Assembly: GCA_964016885.1 (NCBI GenBank)
Contig: OZ024741.1
Span: forward strand, 289,974,001 to 290,038,000
Direction: 5' to 3'
DNA: 64,000 bases
Source of the DNA: Eledone cirrhosa
Taxonomy: Eukaryota
Under the pieces are notes generated by a model. The model saw nothing but the letters and a program-made list of their open reading frames with translations, did no database searches and had not been told where the DNA came from. Below, in pieces: positions 1-15,478 of the stretch. How positions within the stretch are numbered: position 1 is the stretch's first letter; each line of letters opens with the position of its first letter. The position numbers were made by a program, and so were the translations under genes.

Positions 1-288
1 GTATGGGGAGAGGGCTGAAGGTTAGACAGATAAGTACACGGAAAGACATACTCAAATAAATAGATATATTAAGAGAAAGTGAGAGAGAGGGTATATGAAT
101 GAGAGAGAACGAGAGGGAGAGAGAGAGAGTGGATGAAAGACGGAGGGAGAGAAGCAGGGAGCAAATTAAAAAGAGAGACAAAAACATTGAAAAACTAGTA
201 ACACCCATTCACACGCATATGTTTATATACACATGCATAATTTATATACAAACGTAAACATACAGACTCAAACACACCTCTCTCTCTC

Positions 289-415
<127 letters not shown>

Positions 416-470
416 ATATATTTATATATATATATATATATTGGCAACATGGCCCTCCCAAAGTATAACA

Positions 471-508
<38 letters not shown>

Positions 509-593
509 TCTCACTCTCTCCATCACTTTCTGCTTGTGCGTATATATTTATACCTATATCTATCTAGGGCGGGTAAAATTCCCGAGATATATA

Positions 594-637
<44 letters not shown>

Positions 638-788
638 AGAAGAAAGTAAGGGAAAGAGTGACAATGCCGTAGGAGAAAGCTGGGTATGGAAGAGAAATTG
701 AAGATTAATGAGAATAAGGAGGAAATGTCACGATTGACTGAGAAAATGTGTGTATATGTGTGTATTAACGTGCATGTACGTATGTATG

Positions 789-975
789 TTAGCGTGTACG
801 TATTTTAGGTGACGGTGCTTGGTTTCGTCGTTAGGGTGTTCGGCTCATAACTTTAGGGTCGTGGGTTCGATTGCCAGCGGCTCTTTGTGCCTTTTACTTC
901 ATGTTACTGCAGTCTTTTCACTAGCAAATGGTTCCGTTATTCGAACAACTAAACACTGTCATTGGAACAGACGTA
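789..975 (+). mobile_element. Old tRNA-derived SINE (family B)
   Basis: A-box-like TGGTTTCGTCGTTAGG and B-box GGGTTCGATTGCC; 3' part TTCGAACAACT..ACACT.GTCATTGGAAC is shared with the copy near 41.15 kb. Confidence 0.6.
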
Positions 976-1472
976 GATCGCACTCACACACACTCGCACA
1001 CATATACGTATTGTGTTAGTTTGTTTGTATATGTGTACAAGCATTGTACCTAGAGTGTGTGTTGAATGTATGTCTGTATGTATGTGTATAACAATAATCT
1101 CTCTCACCTTCTCTCTTCTCTCCCTCCCCTCTCTCTTATTCTCTCTCTCTCTTGTAAATGCTCACTAAGTATCCACTTTGGTAAAAAAAAAAAGAGAAAC
1201 AAAAAAAAAAACAGCACCCAAAATTTCTCTTGTCTGTTCTTTGTTTTGTTATCGTCGTATATGCATATTCCCGACGGAGCAGGCTCAGATCTGATGCGCA
1301 AGCTGGCATTACAACTGCAACACTACATTAACTCGCAAAACTGCACCACTGTAAGGTGGCTGTTGAGGCATTGAAGCATTTGAGTGTTCGTGTTATGTAA
1401 CTCTGCATTTTCAGCTGATACTATATATGAATGTGTGCGCGTATATATATATATATATATACATATATATAT

Positions 1473-1491
1473 CCAGGGTCTTTGTCTTATA

Positions 1492-1543
<52 letters not shown>

Positions 1544-1562
1544 TATAAGACAAAGACCCTGG
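1473..1562. repeat. Perfect inverted repeat with (TA)n loop, inside (TA)n
   Basis: CCAGGGTCTTTGTCTTATATTATTTA-(TA)n-TAAATAATATAAGACAAAGACCCTGG. Confidence 0.9.
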
Positions 1563-1607
<45 letters not shown>

Positions 1608-2065
1608 CGTATGTGTGTGGATAGCAATAGAGAGACAATCTGTTTATTAGTGAGAAAACAACACAGACAACATATGTGTGTGTGTTGTTGTTTGTATCTA
1701 TATTTGAGTGTATATCTGCATGTGTATAAATATAAAATTAAATGAATGAATGATAATATTTAGTCAAAATGATTGTAAGACCTGGTGTCAATATTTTAAG
1801 ATTGCATGACGTCTGCTAAACTATATTTGTTAGTGGGGTTCTGTGTATTTATGAGATTCTGACTCTTTATATCCGTATATATGTGTATATATATTTGAAT
1901 ATATGTGTGTGTATGTTTATATGTGTGCATGGCATGTGCGGCCGTGTGTGAGCGTGTGATTTAATTTAATTCCTAAGCACGTATTTAACCGCAACAATAA
2001 CCGTTTCTTTTCTTTCCCATCCCTCTCTCCGCTATCATCACGCAAACATACGTACAAAAACGCAC

Positions 2066-2995
<930 letters not shown>

Positions 2996-3917
2996 TGCAA
3001 CGACAATGAAAATGTAAAATGTTTGTGCGCAAAAGCAGAATTAAAAGTCAAGATTTTTTTCATGATTGATTTGATTAAAAGAAGGATTAAATGACAATCT
3101 AGAGTTAATAATTCCAATAAATCACGTAAAATGTTAAAAAATATCACATCATCTACAACAAATTCATGTTCTATTTAAGTATGTGTGATATGGCCTGAAA
3201 CTCTCACTTAATGCAATATTCACATACACTTTTACGTTTGTATGTATATATGTATACCATATGTATGTATATATATTTAATTATCCCATCCTCTCTGTAT
3301 ACACATATATAAATATATATACACACACATACACACATCATATATTTATAACACTAATATATATAACACTAATATATTTAACTTATATCTATATAACTTA
3401 TATACTCGTGTCAAATTTGATCTCCGATCAACGAGGTTGGACCTTTTCATAGTAAAATGAGGGAATGACATTTGCTGTCCTGGTGAACTGAAACATCCTA
3501 TTTTTGATCAATCATCGTCCTTTCAATAGATTTTGTTTATATTTTACATATACATGTTTATTCGTTTTTCTGCCTGTAATTACATGTGCACATGTTCGAT
3601 TATTTGCCAGGCTGGTGGGTTGTACACTCTAATTAATTATTATGCAACAGTAAATGAAATTACAATTCTTATATAAACCCCTGGTGTCCATGTGGACCCG
3701 GCTATGAAGGAGAGTTAGCTAATGGTACCTTCTACATTAACCTGTCATTTTGATGGCAATCGGCATAAATTCATTATAAATTCATTAAATATAGAACGAG
3801 TTTATGTATTTAATACTGAATTTTCAAACGAATTTCAACGTTGACATATAGTGAGGTGAGATTATTCACATATTGATCCCTTGAATTTGTTATAATAATC
3901 GTGCATGAAAGGTTTGA

Positions 3918-4010
<93 letters not shown>

Positions 4011-4023
4011 AATATATATATAT

Positions 4024-4531
<508 letters not shown>

Positions 4532-4796
4532 AAAGTTATATTTAAATTGTTGGGTTAACAACGAGTAAATATTTATAACTGATATAAAAGCACTCAACAA
4601 GTATTTGGAGTATATTTATGATATTAAATAAATGGAAACTATATTTATAAAACCATATTTATTTCGTTATATATATTTCAGGGATATCATATTAACAATA
4701 TGTTATGCCATCTTCAGACAAAATACAATATAAACAGTCTTATAAATAAATAGATACGACATACCTTTCAATCACCTTGCATTTGGGAGGTTGATT

Positions 4797-4867
<71 letters not shown>

Positions 4868-4937
4868 TAAAATATCAGATTAAAGTTTAAGCAAAGAATC
4901 GCTGCTTTCTCCCTTAACGGGATCTTTGTAAATATAT

Positions 4938-5052
4938 TTGTACAATTTCCCTCCTGTGTTTTGTTCGTTCATTTCAACTATCTATCTATCTATATATATA
5001 TATATATATATAGTTGAAATGACCGAACAAAACACAGGAGGGAAATTGTACA
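4938..5052. repeat. Inverted repeat with (TCTA)/(TA)n loop
   Basis: TGTACAATTTCCCTCCTGTGTTTTGTTCG..TTTCAACTA and its reverse complement, about 1 mismatch. Confidence 0.85.
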
Positions 5053-5126
5053 CAGTTATATTAGGTTCAGGCTTGGTGGAAGTGGCAAAGTTATATATAT
5101 ATACATATATATATTCATATATATAT

Positions 5127-5200
<74 letters not shown>

Positions 5201-5439
5201 GCAGACTGGGTCTAAAAATATTGGTTGCCAGGAGATGAAGGGGGCCCACCTACATATAGATTACTATCATTTGATTTTTATAATGAATAAATAACATTTT
5301 CAAAAAATACAAAAGTGGAAACAAAGCAGTGCAATCAAATTTTTGCGCAAAAATATCTTACCTTCTTCTATAAAAAAATATTATGTATTTTGCGAAATCT
5401 GGAGACTTTCAATAATGACCTTTGGTCTTTCACACTCAC

Positions 5440-5478
<39 letters not shown>

Positions 5479-5599
5479 ACAAACATAGAATATTCGAAAA
5501 TATTCTGTATGTTTATAATAAACATTTTGAAGACCCAATCGCTATAGAATAGAATACGTCACGTATTACAATTTGAGATTCTCGATAAAAGCAAGGGAA

Positions 5600-5642
5600 G
5601 TAACCTACGCGTTTCATTCTTATTAGAAATCATCAGGATTAC
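5600..5642 (-). ncRNA. Minimal type I hammerhead ribozyme (312-bp unit 1)
   Basis: Minus strand GUAAUC-CUGAUGA-U-UUCU(AAUA)AGAA-U-GAAA-CGC-GUA-GGUUAC; 6-bp stem I; palindromic stem III ACGCGU. Confidence 0.85.
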
Positions 5643-5911
5643 ATATCCAGTGCTTTTATCGAGAACGACACAGCTAGAGACTTATAGAATACTTAGCTGT
5701 GTACAGGAACTGGTTTGAAAGAGCTGTAGCCGGTCCGGCAGAAATTAGAATTTGGATATAATGCTCTGAAATAGCGATATATATGTGAAGACAAACATAG
5801 AATATTCGAAAATATTCTGTATGTTTATAATAAACATTTTGAAGACCCAATCGCTATAGAATAGAATACGTCACGTATTACAATTTGAGATTCTCGATAA
5901 AAGCAAGGGAA

Positions 5912-5954
5912 GTAACCTACGCGTTTCATTCTTATTAGAAATCATCAGGATTAC
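5912..5954 (-). ncRNA. Minimal type I hammerhead ribozyme (312-bp unit 2)
   Basis: Identical to 5600-5642. Confidence 0.85.
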
Positions 5955-6223
5955 ATATCCAGTGCTTTTATCGAGAACGACACAGCTAGAGACTTATAGA
6001 ATACTTAGCTGTGTACAGGAACTGGTTTGAAAGAGCTGTAGCCGGTCCGGCAGAAATTAGAATTTGGATATAATGCTCTGAAATAGCGATATATATGTGA
6101 AGACAAACATAGAATATTCGAAAATATTCTGTATGTTTATAATAAACATTTTGAAGACCCAATCGCTATAGAATAGAATACGTCACGTATTACAATTTGA
6201 GATTCTCGATAAAAGCAAGGGAA

Positions 6224-6266
6224 GTAACCTACGCGTTTCATTCTTATTAGAAATCATCAGGATTAC
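6224..6266 (-). ncRNA. Minimal type I hammerhead ribozyme (312-bp unit 3)
   Basis: Identical to 5600-5642. Confidence 0.85.
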
Positions 6267-6483
6267 ATATCCAGTGCTTTTATCGAGAACGACACAGCTA
6301 GAGACTTATAGAATACTTAGCTGTGTACAGGAACTGGTTTGAAAGAGCGGTAGCCGGTCCGGCAGAAATTAGAATTTGGATATAATGCTCTGAAATAGCG
6401 ATATATATGTGAAGACAAACATAGAATATTCGAATATTCTATGTTTGTCTTCACATATATATCGCTATTTCAGAGCATTATAT

Positions 6484-6523
<40 letters not shown>

Positions 6524-7244
6524 TAAAATAATCAAATTAAATTAATTCAACAGTTAAACACACAGGAATAATAAAGTTGTTATCAAAGAGCCAGAAGATT
6601 GACAAGACGACCCTAAATATGACTAATTGTTCTACGAAAGCCATGTACGGCACCACAACTTTTAAACTTTGATTTTAAAGTAGGTTTATAATTATTAATT
6701 TCCATAATACTTCCGTGGCTGTCTCGGTAGCCTAGTTGGAGGAATCATAGACGTTGGTAATCCTGGTCTGAGGTTAGATCCTGGTCGGTAGTAGGGTTCG
6801 CGGTAATCCTTTTCAGTTGTTTTCTTTGGGATGTAAAATCAAAACTGAAAAAGATTACATGTACCTCTCGACCAGGATTGAACCCGAGATAAGGATCTCC
6901 ACCTACGAAAGTGTTATGAAAATTCATACTTATAAACCTACTTTCAAAATTTTCAAAACAAAATGATGTGGTGTCGTTCATGTCTTTCTTAATGTTGTTG
7001 CTCCTAATTAAAGTCGACTTCTAACTCATTTGGGTGTTCCATAACCAACATCCTCGTTTTGTTTCTCACGTATCTAGACTATATTTTAAGCTGTAATCGA
7101 TGTTTCATTTCTGTTGGACCTCATTTATCCTCCTCCTACCCCCTCTCTTTTTCTCTCTGTGATATTTTAATCTACTATGATTTGGACTTACCTTATTCAT
7201 ATATATATGTTTTTGCATGTCAGATTGAAACTTACAATCATTGG

Positions 7245-7336
<92 letters not shown>

Positions 7337-7434
7337 ATATACATATATACATATATATATATACATATATATATACATATATTTATATATATATATATAT
7401 ACATATATACATATATATATACATATATATATAC

Positions 7435-7506
<72 letters not shown>

Positions 7507-7895
7507 CTTTTCTGTTTGTATCTTTTCTACATGTATTACCTTAAATAATATCTTTATATATAATATGCTCAATATTTCACTTTTCACCATTGCTCCTTAT
7601 ACTCTGATTTCTGTAGCAAAACATCTTTTTGTAACTCCTGCGTTTCTATATGATACCACTGACACCGTCAATAGTTATGTATCTATATAAATATTCTGAA
7701 GACTAGGATTTTAATTACCTGTTTAAACATTGTGTATGTTCCGATGATTCCAGACATATTCGTCTCAAGGAAATATTTGTCAGCAATTTTCATTGTTTTA
7801 TATTTTGTATATATATATATATATAAAGAAAAAGATGAAATCGAAAATGCAACTGGAGTCTTATTTTTTTTTTAAATATATATATTTATTTGGTT

Positions 7896-7933
7896 CCTTT
7901 ACCGGTTTCGCAGTTCTTCTGCTTTTCAAAAGG
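7896..7933 (-). ncRNA. Hammerhead U3-A8 variant (inverted copy)
   Basis: Reverse complement of 8009-8046. Confidence 0.7.
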
Positions 7934-8008
7934 TGAGTTGAGATGGAGGGTCTGTGGTTTTTCTCACATCTGATGTGAGAAAAACCATAGACCCTCCATC
8001 TCAACTCA

Positions 8009-8046
8009 CCTTTTGAAAAGCAGAAGAACTGCGAAACCGGTAAAGG
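8009..8046 (+). ncRNA. Hammerhead U3-A8 variant
   Basis: CCUU-UUGAAAA-GCAG(AAGAA)CUGC-GAAA-CCG-GUA-AAGG; palindromic stem III ACCGGU; C3-G8 replaced by U3-A8. Confidence 0.75.
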
Positions 8047-8177
8047 AACCAAATAAATATATATATTTAAAAAAAAAATAAGACTCCAGTTGCATTTTCG
8101 ATTTCATCTCTTTTTCTTTATACTTTCACTCGTGTAGGACACCACGGTTATTTTTCATTTTGTAACAAAAACCTCAC

Positions 8178-8327
<150 letters not shown>

Positions 8328-8366
8328 GTATATGTATGTATATATACATATATATAGATATAGATG

Positions 8367-8430
<64 letters not shown>

Positions 8431-8472
8431 TATATGTACATACATATACATATATACATGTATATATATATG

Positions 8473-8512
<40 letters not shown>

Positions 8513-8554
8513 TATATGTACATACATATACATATATACATGTATATATATATG

Positions 8555-8633
<79 letters not shown>

Positions 8634-8701
8634 CACCTTCACCACTAGTTGTTTTGACAGATGTCTTCAACCCATTGATACCAAACATTATTTGGTCAGT
8701 A

Positions 8702-8892
8702 GGGCGGTGGATTGGCAGTATCGGTAGAGGGTCGGAGGCCATGCTTCGCAGCATAGAGTTACGGCCCTTTATGATCTGAGTTCAATTCCCGCCGAGGTTA
8801 ACTTTGCCTTTCATTCTTACGAGGTCGATAAAATAAAGTACCAGTAATGCACTGGGATAATTGGTGGCCTTGTGCCAAATGTAGAAACAATT
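8702..8892 (+). mobile_element. tRNA-derived SINE family A with TSD
   Basis: A-box TGGCAGTATCGGTAG, B-box GAGTTCAATTCCC; TSD ATTATTTGGTCAGTAG on both sides. Confidence 0.9.
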
Positions 8893-8923
8893 ATTTGGTC
8901 AGTAGTTCATGGGTACGTGTAAG

Positions 8924-8954
<31 letters not shown>

Positions 8955-9008
8955 GTGTATATATATATATATTTATATATATATATCTATATATATATGT
9001 ATATATAT

Positions 9009-9048
<40 letters not shown>

Positions 9049-9323
9049 TTGATCGCTATCATGTATTTTGTTTAAAATGCTTTATTATATTTAATAAGAT
9101 ACTCAACGAATTATGTAGTGTTACTTTCAGTGTAGATTGTCTCTAGTTCTATGTTTTGATATGTCTTAGTGCACACTTAACTGTGTATGAATATATTTCA
9201 ATCACTTTCTTATAATGATTAGGGCTCGATTTTATTCTCTGAATTTTATCTTGAGCTGTTTTTAGAGACGAGATTTATGTTTGATGTTGACTCATTCATG
9301 ACACCCTTTACTTTGAAAGTAAT

Positions 9324-9511
9324 AATAATTGTTTCTACTTTTTGGCACAAGGCCAACAAAATACCCAGTACATTACTGTTACTTTATTTTATCGACCCCG
9401 TAAGGATGAAAGGCAAAGTTAACCTCGACGGGATTTGAACTCAGACCGTAAAGGGACGTAACTATGCTGGAAAGCATGGCGTCCGACCCTCTACTGATAC
9501 TGCCAATTCAC
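9324..9511 (-). mobile_element. SINE family A
   Basis: Reverse complement of the family consensus. Confidence 0.85.
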
Positions 9512-9563
9512 AATGATTTCATTTATTAGCCTCAAGGGCCGACCGTAAGTAATAATAATAATA

Positions 9564-9649
9564 ATAATTGTTTCTACTTTTGGCACAAGGCCAGCAAAAA
9601 CATCAGTATATTACTGGTACTTTATTTTATCGACTCCGTAAGGATGAAA

Positions 9650-9653
<4 letters not shown>
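9564..9653 (-). mobile_element. SINE family A, 3' half
   Basis: TTGTTTCTACTTTTGGCACAAGGCC..GGATGAAAGGC, cut by (TA)n. Confidence 0.8.
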
Positions 9654-9728
<75 letters not shown>

Positions 9729-9934
9729 GATTGTGTGTGTATGTGTCTATATATATATATATGCGCGAAGCTTTAGATTTTATACAACGTACAACCACTG
9801 ATTCCAGCCATTTTCATTATCATATATTTTCGTTTCAAATTAATTCCCTAGAGAATTGGTTGACCAGATGTCTTGCTTAATTGTTTTATATATTTTTAAC
9901 AACATCTTTCTCTTGGACTTGGCTAGTCGGACAC

Positions 9935-10005
<71 letters not shown>

Positions 10006-10345
10006 ACTATTAAGTATTATTATTACAAAAATAACTGTGCTTCATGAATTGCCATCATTTTGAAGGATGCATCACATATAAGTATTTTTGTGAATAAGAA
10101 AATATAGAGACGACAAAGGCATATGCGCACACGCATATATACATAAACACACGCACATATACATACATAAACACACGCACATACACATACATAACATATT
10201 CAAAGAACGCATGCATAAATAAATACACATATGGTGTATCTTCTTAAAACCAGAGATGAGAGTATACGTTAAAAAAAACAAAAGAATACAACAGAACATA
10301 TATATATATATATATATATCCATATATATATATATGTGTGTGTGA

Positions 10346-10410
<65 letters not shown>

Positions 10411-10426
10411 CAGAAATATATGTTTG

Positions 10427-10457
<31 letters not shown>

Positions 10458-10806
10458 GCAGATAATTATATAGATATATATGCGTGTGTCAGTGTCTTCT
10501 TATGTATCCCCTAAAATAATAATCAAAATTCAGACAGACAACAACATGGTATGCCGTTTATTTTTTTACATCCAATTTAGTGAAGTACCTTCTCGAAAAA
10601 CGCTTGTTTTGTTCGGGAGTCGAACAGAACAAGATGTTTGAATGACATTTTATTATAACTTCTCGTGAAAGAAATAACTGCTTCTTAACAGACTGTTGTG
10701 GTGAGAGTATTAGTGCCTTTAACACTCTGATCGATCTGTCATATTAAGTATGTTTTCATACATCATCAATTCATGCTTGATTGAGTCATCACACTCAAGT
10801 AAATAT

Positions 10807-10933
<127 letters not shown>

Positions 10934-10955
10934 TATATAGTTATATATATACATG

Positions 10956-11017
<62 letters not shown>

Positions 11018-11227
11018 ATATGAGCTCATCAGTAGATATATACGTACAATAAAAACTCTTGAGCTCTTGAAAAAGATATATAAGATATATATCATTAGTT
11101 ATCTTAAATAAAAAATGTACGATGCCTTTCAGAAATATTGTATGTAATCAATTGGGTGCCCACTTAGTTGGTCAAATATGCCAACAGGCTACACGGACAG
11201 CACATATACCCATCATCTATATGTGTG

Positions 11228-11264
<37 letters not shown>

Positions 11265-11282
11265 GTATGTATATATATATGC

Positions 11283-11345
<63 letters not shown>

Positions 11346-11370
11346 AATGTATGTGTATAAACAGTATATA

Positions 11371-11424
<54 letters not shown>

Positions 11425-11482
11425 TATGAATAATCTACTACAAAACGAGGTTTCACATGGGGTCTTTGTTGATTAGGATCAG

Positions 11483-11553
<71 letters not shown>

Positions 11554-12001
11554 CTTTACATTTCAGTATTTGTTTTGCCAGCTGCCTTACGTGGGTGTGT
11601 CGGAACAGATCTTGTTAGAATTTGTGATGGTAATAAAACACGTGCATTTGTTCAGTGGTAATACCTTTTAGTACGATTATATTACAATTAGTCAGGTAAC
11701 TAATACATCCATCGTTTGCTTTATTAAATGGATGATTATTTAATTGTTAAATTTCTATCGTAAAACACATGTAAACTTCACAGTGGTAATTATTGTAGGC
11801 CTCTGTCTCTCCTCTTTGTTTTTATTTAAATCTAGTTACTCTATGAATTCCGCTTAGGTTCGATCACACACTCATGGGATAATGTGTTAATATCCACTTC
11901 TATAGCGTCGGTGTGATGAATAATGTTTTTGTGTAATTTTGTCAGAGGGAGTATGTTTATATACAGATATATATATCTATATATATATATATATTTTTTT
12001 T

Positions 12002-12830
12002 ATTTTGTTGATTTCGGACTTACAGAAACCTAGCGGAGATATTGTATAATATCAACGCGATGGTCCAGGTTTGTCATATTTTCCTGAGTCAGTTTTTTTC
12101 GTTGCTTTGGTCACTGCGGCTCGCTTATCGTTCGCTGTCTTCAATTTGCAAAGCTGTCTAAACGTAATGTTATAACTCTAAGGTAAAATACCTTATTGAT
12201 TGCTTAGCTGCACATTCCGATTGCATTCGTTAGCTTAGCTGCAGCCAGAGCTTCGATTATGCTGTACTAATTTTTGTATTATTATCTCCTAGACTTAATG
12301 ATTAATTGATTAATTTAATTAGACAATTCTATTGATTGATTAATTGTTTATGCTTGTTTAATAACATCTAGTTGAGACCTTTTTTCGGTTTGTGAAAAGG
12401 AATTTATTCCTTTGTTCAAATTTTGAATTTGACCGCCAAAACCTCTCTTCGGGAAAACCACGTGACTACTGGCCGTGTTTACTGCTAATATTCACAACCG
12501 GAGCGGAGTAGAACGAAAACTTGTTGACGAAGTAAATTCCACTGTTCTATCTTCCAAAACCAATAACTTGCAGGCTCCTGTAAGTGGATTTTGTTGATTT
12601 CGGATTTACAGAAACCTAGCGGAGATATTGTATAATATCAACGCGATGGACCAGGTTTGTCATATTTTCCTCAGTCAGTTTTTTTTTCGTTGCTTTGGTC
12701 ACTGCGGTTCGCTTATCGGTCGCTGTCTTCAATTTGCAAAGGTGTCTAAACGTAATGTTATAACTCTAAGGTAATAAACCTTATTGAGTGCTTAGCTGCA
12801 ACCAGAGCTTCGATTATGCTGTACTAACTT
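12002..12830. repeat. Direct repeat, 586-bp period (~1.4 units), between (TA)n tracts
   Basis: 12002-12270 matches 12588-12828 with few substitutions and one indel. Confidence 0.8.
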
Positions 12831-12906
12831 TTATATATATATTTATTTTATTAAAATAACAGATTAAAGTTTAAGCAAAGATTTTAGTCTTCAAATTTAT
12901 TATTAT

Positions 12907-12965
<59 letters not shown>

Positions 12966-13839
12966 AGGTCGCTCTTGAGTGTTACTGGTAACATGTAACC
13001 CAGTACACCCTGTCTCATGGTCAGGTCGTCGGCGAGGGATGAAATATATATATGTGTGTGTGTATGTGTGTGTGTGTGTGTGTGTATGTTTGTGATGTTA
13101 ATGGACGCGAGAATAAATACCATAATAGAGTTTAATATTATTTATCATCGCCAAGTAATGAGTCTTATTACACTGGTATTGCACCTGAGTACTCACAGGA
13201 TCCTCAGACATGTCTTGTCTGAGGATCCTGCCAGTACACAGCTGAAATTCCAGAATAACTAAGCTCTTAACTCCGCCATAGTAAATATGTATTATATATA
13301 TATCATATAGGTTATTCAGTAATGTTGTTGATTACTGGAGGTAGTACCATTTAGAGGACTCGATGCTACAGAAGAGTGCTTGCATGAAGTTTGGTACGAC
13401 GATTTTTCACTTTATAATGATTTCATTCAATATCGAAACTTATGTACGTTTCACAGATGATTGGCTTGATAAACCTGACTCCAGCATCGATCAGTACATC
13501 AGACGTGTGAACTCAAATGAACACAGGACATGTCAACTGTTTTTAATTGATTCTACATGTCTGTCGAAGAGATCAATGCTGGAATCTGTTCTATCACATT
13601 AATAAACCTCTCGAATCAATCACCTATGAAACATGGATAAGGGTCGATATATATATACATGGTAAATGTAAAGAAGGCGGTGCCCCAGCATGGCCTCGGC
13701 CGGATGGCTGGAACAGGTAAAAGAGTTAAAGAGTAAGCCCTTCTGCAACAAATGACTCTGGGATTTTCACCTGGAACGGTTCCTTCCAAGAAACAAGTCC
13801 GGCCAAAATATGTGTTATTTTGTTTTTCTTTTAATAACA

Positions 13840-14067
13840 GCAGCCGCCCATGAATACCGGCCTCTCCTTATCATGTCACTCATGTTGTCCAAGAGAAAGG
13901 TAACTGTCTATCCAAGTTGGTACCAGTGACGTCGCTACGAATTTCTACAGCCGAGTGAAATAAAGTGTCTTGCTCAAGTGTACATAGCACTATCCGGTCT
14001 CGGAATCAAACTCACAACCTCAGGAATGTATATCAAATGTTCTAAACACTCAGCCAGAGGCCTTCAC
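13840..14067 (-). mobile_element. Old tRNA-derived SINE
   Basis: Minus strand TGGCTGAGTGTTTAG, GAGTTTGATTCC and CTTGAGCAAGACACTT. Confidence 0.65.
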
Positions 14068-14082
14068 AAACACTTACAACTC

Positions 14083-14248
14083 TCGATTTTCACTGAAAAT
14101 TCTTCATTAGACTGAAGCAAGTGTACACAAAAAGCCGGGCAAAGAAGGGATCGAACTCGAAATGATGGAAATGGTAAGTGAATTGACCGTCATTACAATA
14201 CAGCCATTCCTGTGGCTAGTTCTACAAAGTGGGACTGTGCTTCTAGAA
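14083..14248 (-). mobile_element. Dispersed SINE-like repeat (family C)
   Basis: Second copy at about 18082-18251; B-box-like GAGTTCGATCCC on the minus strand. Confidence 0.6.
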
Positions 14249-14300
14249 ACAAATTAAAATCATGTATAGAGATAACCAAACACATGCACACACAGCACAC

Positions 14301-14402
<102 letters not shown>

Positions 14403-15086
14403 AAAGAAAGTCCCACACACATGCAGGGCACACATACATATACGCACTTACACACACGCGCGCGCGCCCGCGTACAATATCATTTAATCTTAGTACTAAC
14501 AGCCGTCATCAAACAGTAACAAAGAGTGTTTTATGAAAGCGGTCATGTGTGATAGAATTCTTAACATTTTCTTTTTCTTTCTGTATCTTCCATGACAAAT
14601 CTAAGTCAGGGTTACATTTTCTTACATTATTTCTTGTTGTTTGTTATTAGGTGATGTAATGTTAGTAGTGGCGGTCGGTGAAGTCATAGAGATACTCACA
14701 CTCTTCCTAGTCATTGACGGACTAAATATTTGTTTGCTCTATAGAGATATGTATTTATCAGTTATCTAATTAGGGAAATTGTAAACTGTATTAGGTCATT
14801 GGTATGACGTCAATTACAGAACATGTAACCCCTTCTACGTTGACATGTTTATTTACAGACATTTCTGCACAGCGTACACTCTACGTAATATCTATGTATG
14901 TGTGATTATTGTGTTTCTTATAGCTCTCTGTATATGGAGGACATATTGATATAGAAATGTACATTTATACATCCACCCATTCATTTATGCATACATACAT
15001 GCACACATATATGCATAGATACATATGCACACATATATGCATGCGTGCATACATATATACACACACACTCACACATAATGTATGTA

Positions 15087-15155
<69 letters not shown>

Positions 15156-15342
15156 AGATAAATCTACCAAAATATACGGTAGTGTCCAATCCGTATGAAG
15201 AACTCAATGTAATCCAAATATCATGAAAAGAAAAGATGTATTCAAACATTTTTTCGATGAAAATCACAGAAAAACAAAGTCAAGATAAATTAATAAAAAC
15301 AATGAATAAAAACAAAGAAACAGTTCCTTATATTAAAAAATT

Positions 15343-15478
15343 CATCATTTTACGATCGTTTCTAGGATATATATGTGTGTGTTGGTATGTATATCATATA
15401 GATCTATGTAAAAATTTTACAAACTATCAGAGGGAATATACATACCTACACATATATATGCTGTCTTCAGAAATAATG
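15343..15478 (-). ncRNA. Type I hammerhead with ~105-nt stem II
   Basis: CAUUAUUU-CUGAAGA-C..long hairpin..A-GAAA-CGAUC-GUA-AAAUGAUG. Confidence 0.7.

Larger units (their letters stand above)
5476..6486 (-). mobile_element. Retrozyme-like tandem array: 3 x 312 bp plus partial unit and 55-bp terminal fold-back
   Basis: Units start at 5476, 5788, 6100 and 6412; only one substitution noticed; one HHR per unit on the minus strand; flanked by (TA)n; palindrome centred at 6431/6432. Confidence 0.88.

Noticed and set aside
4660-4720. Decayed hammerhead-like motifs (also 7737-7785 and 13217-13255)
   Set aside because: Core partly present but stems I/III too weak to call
5197-5430. Possible DNA transposon end (AGTGGCAGACTGGG)
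   Set aside because: No partner TIR or TSD found
5476-6434. CRISPR-like array
   Set aside because: Whole units are identical, no unique spacers, no cas genes, eukaryotic context
8702-8795. tRNA genes at SINE heads
   Set aside because: A and B boxes only; no full cloverleaf; followed by SINE body and TSD
13262-13345. Twister-like UAACUCCGCC motif (also 17995)
   Set aside because: Could not build the pseudoknots or downstream conserved residues
13363-13602. 79-aa ORF or possible exon (also 1261-1350)
   Set aside because: No recognisable homology or linked exons
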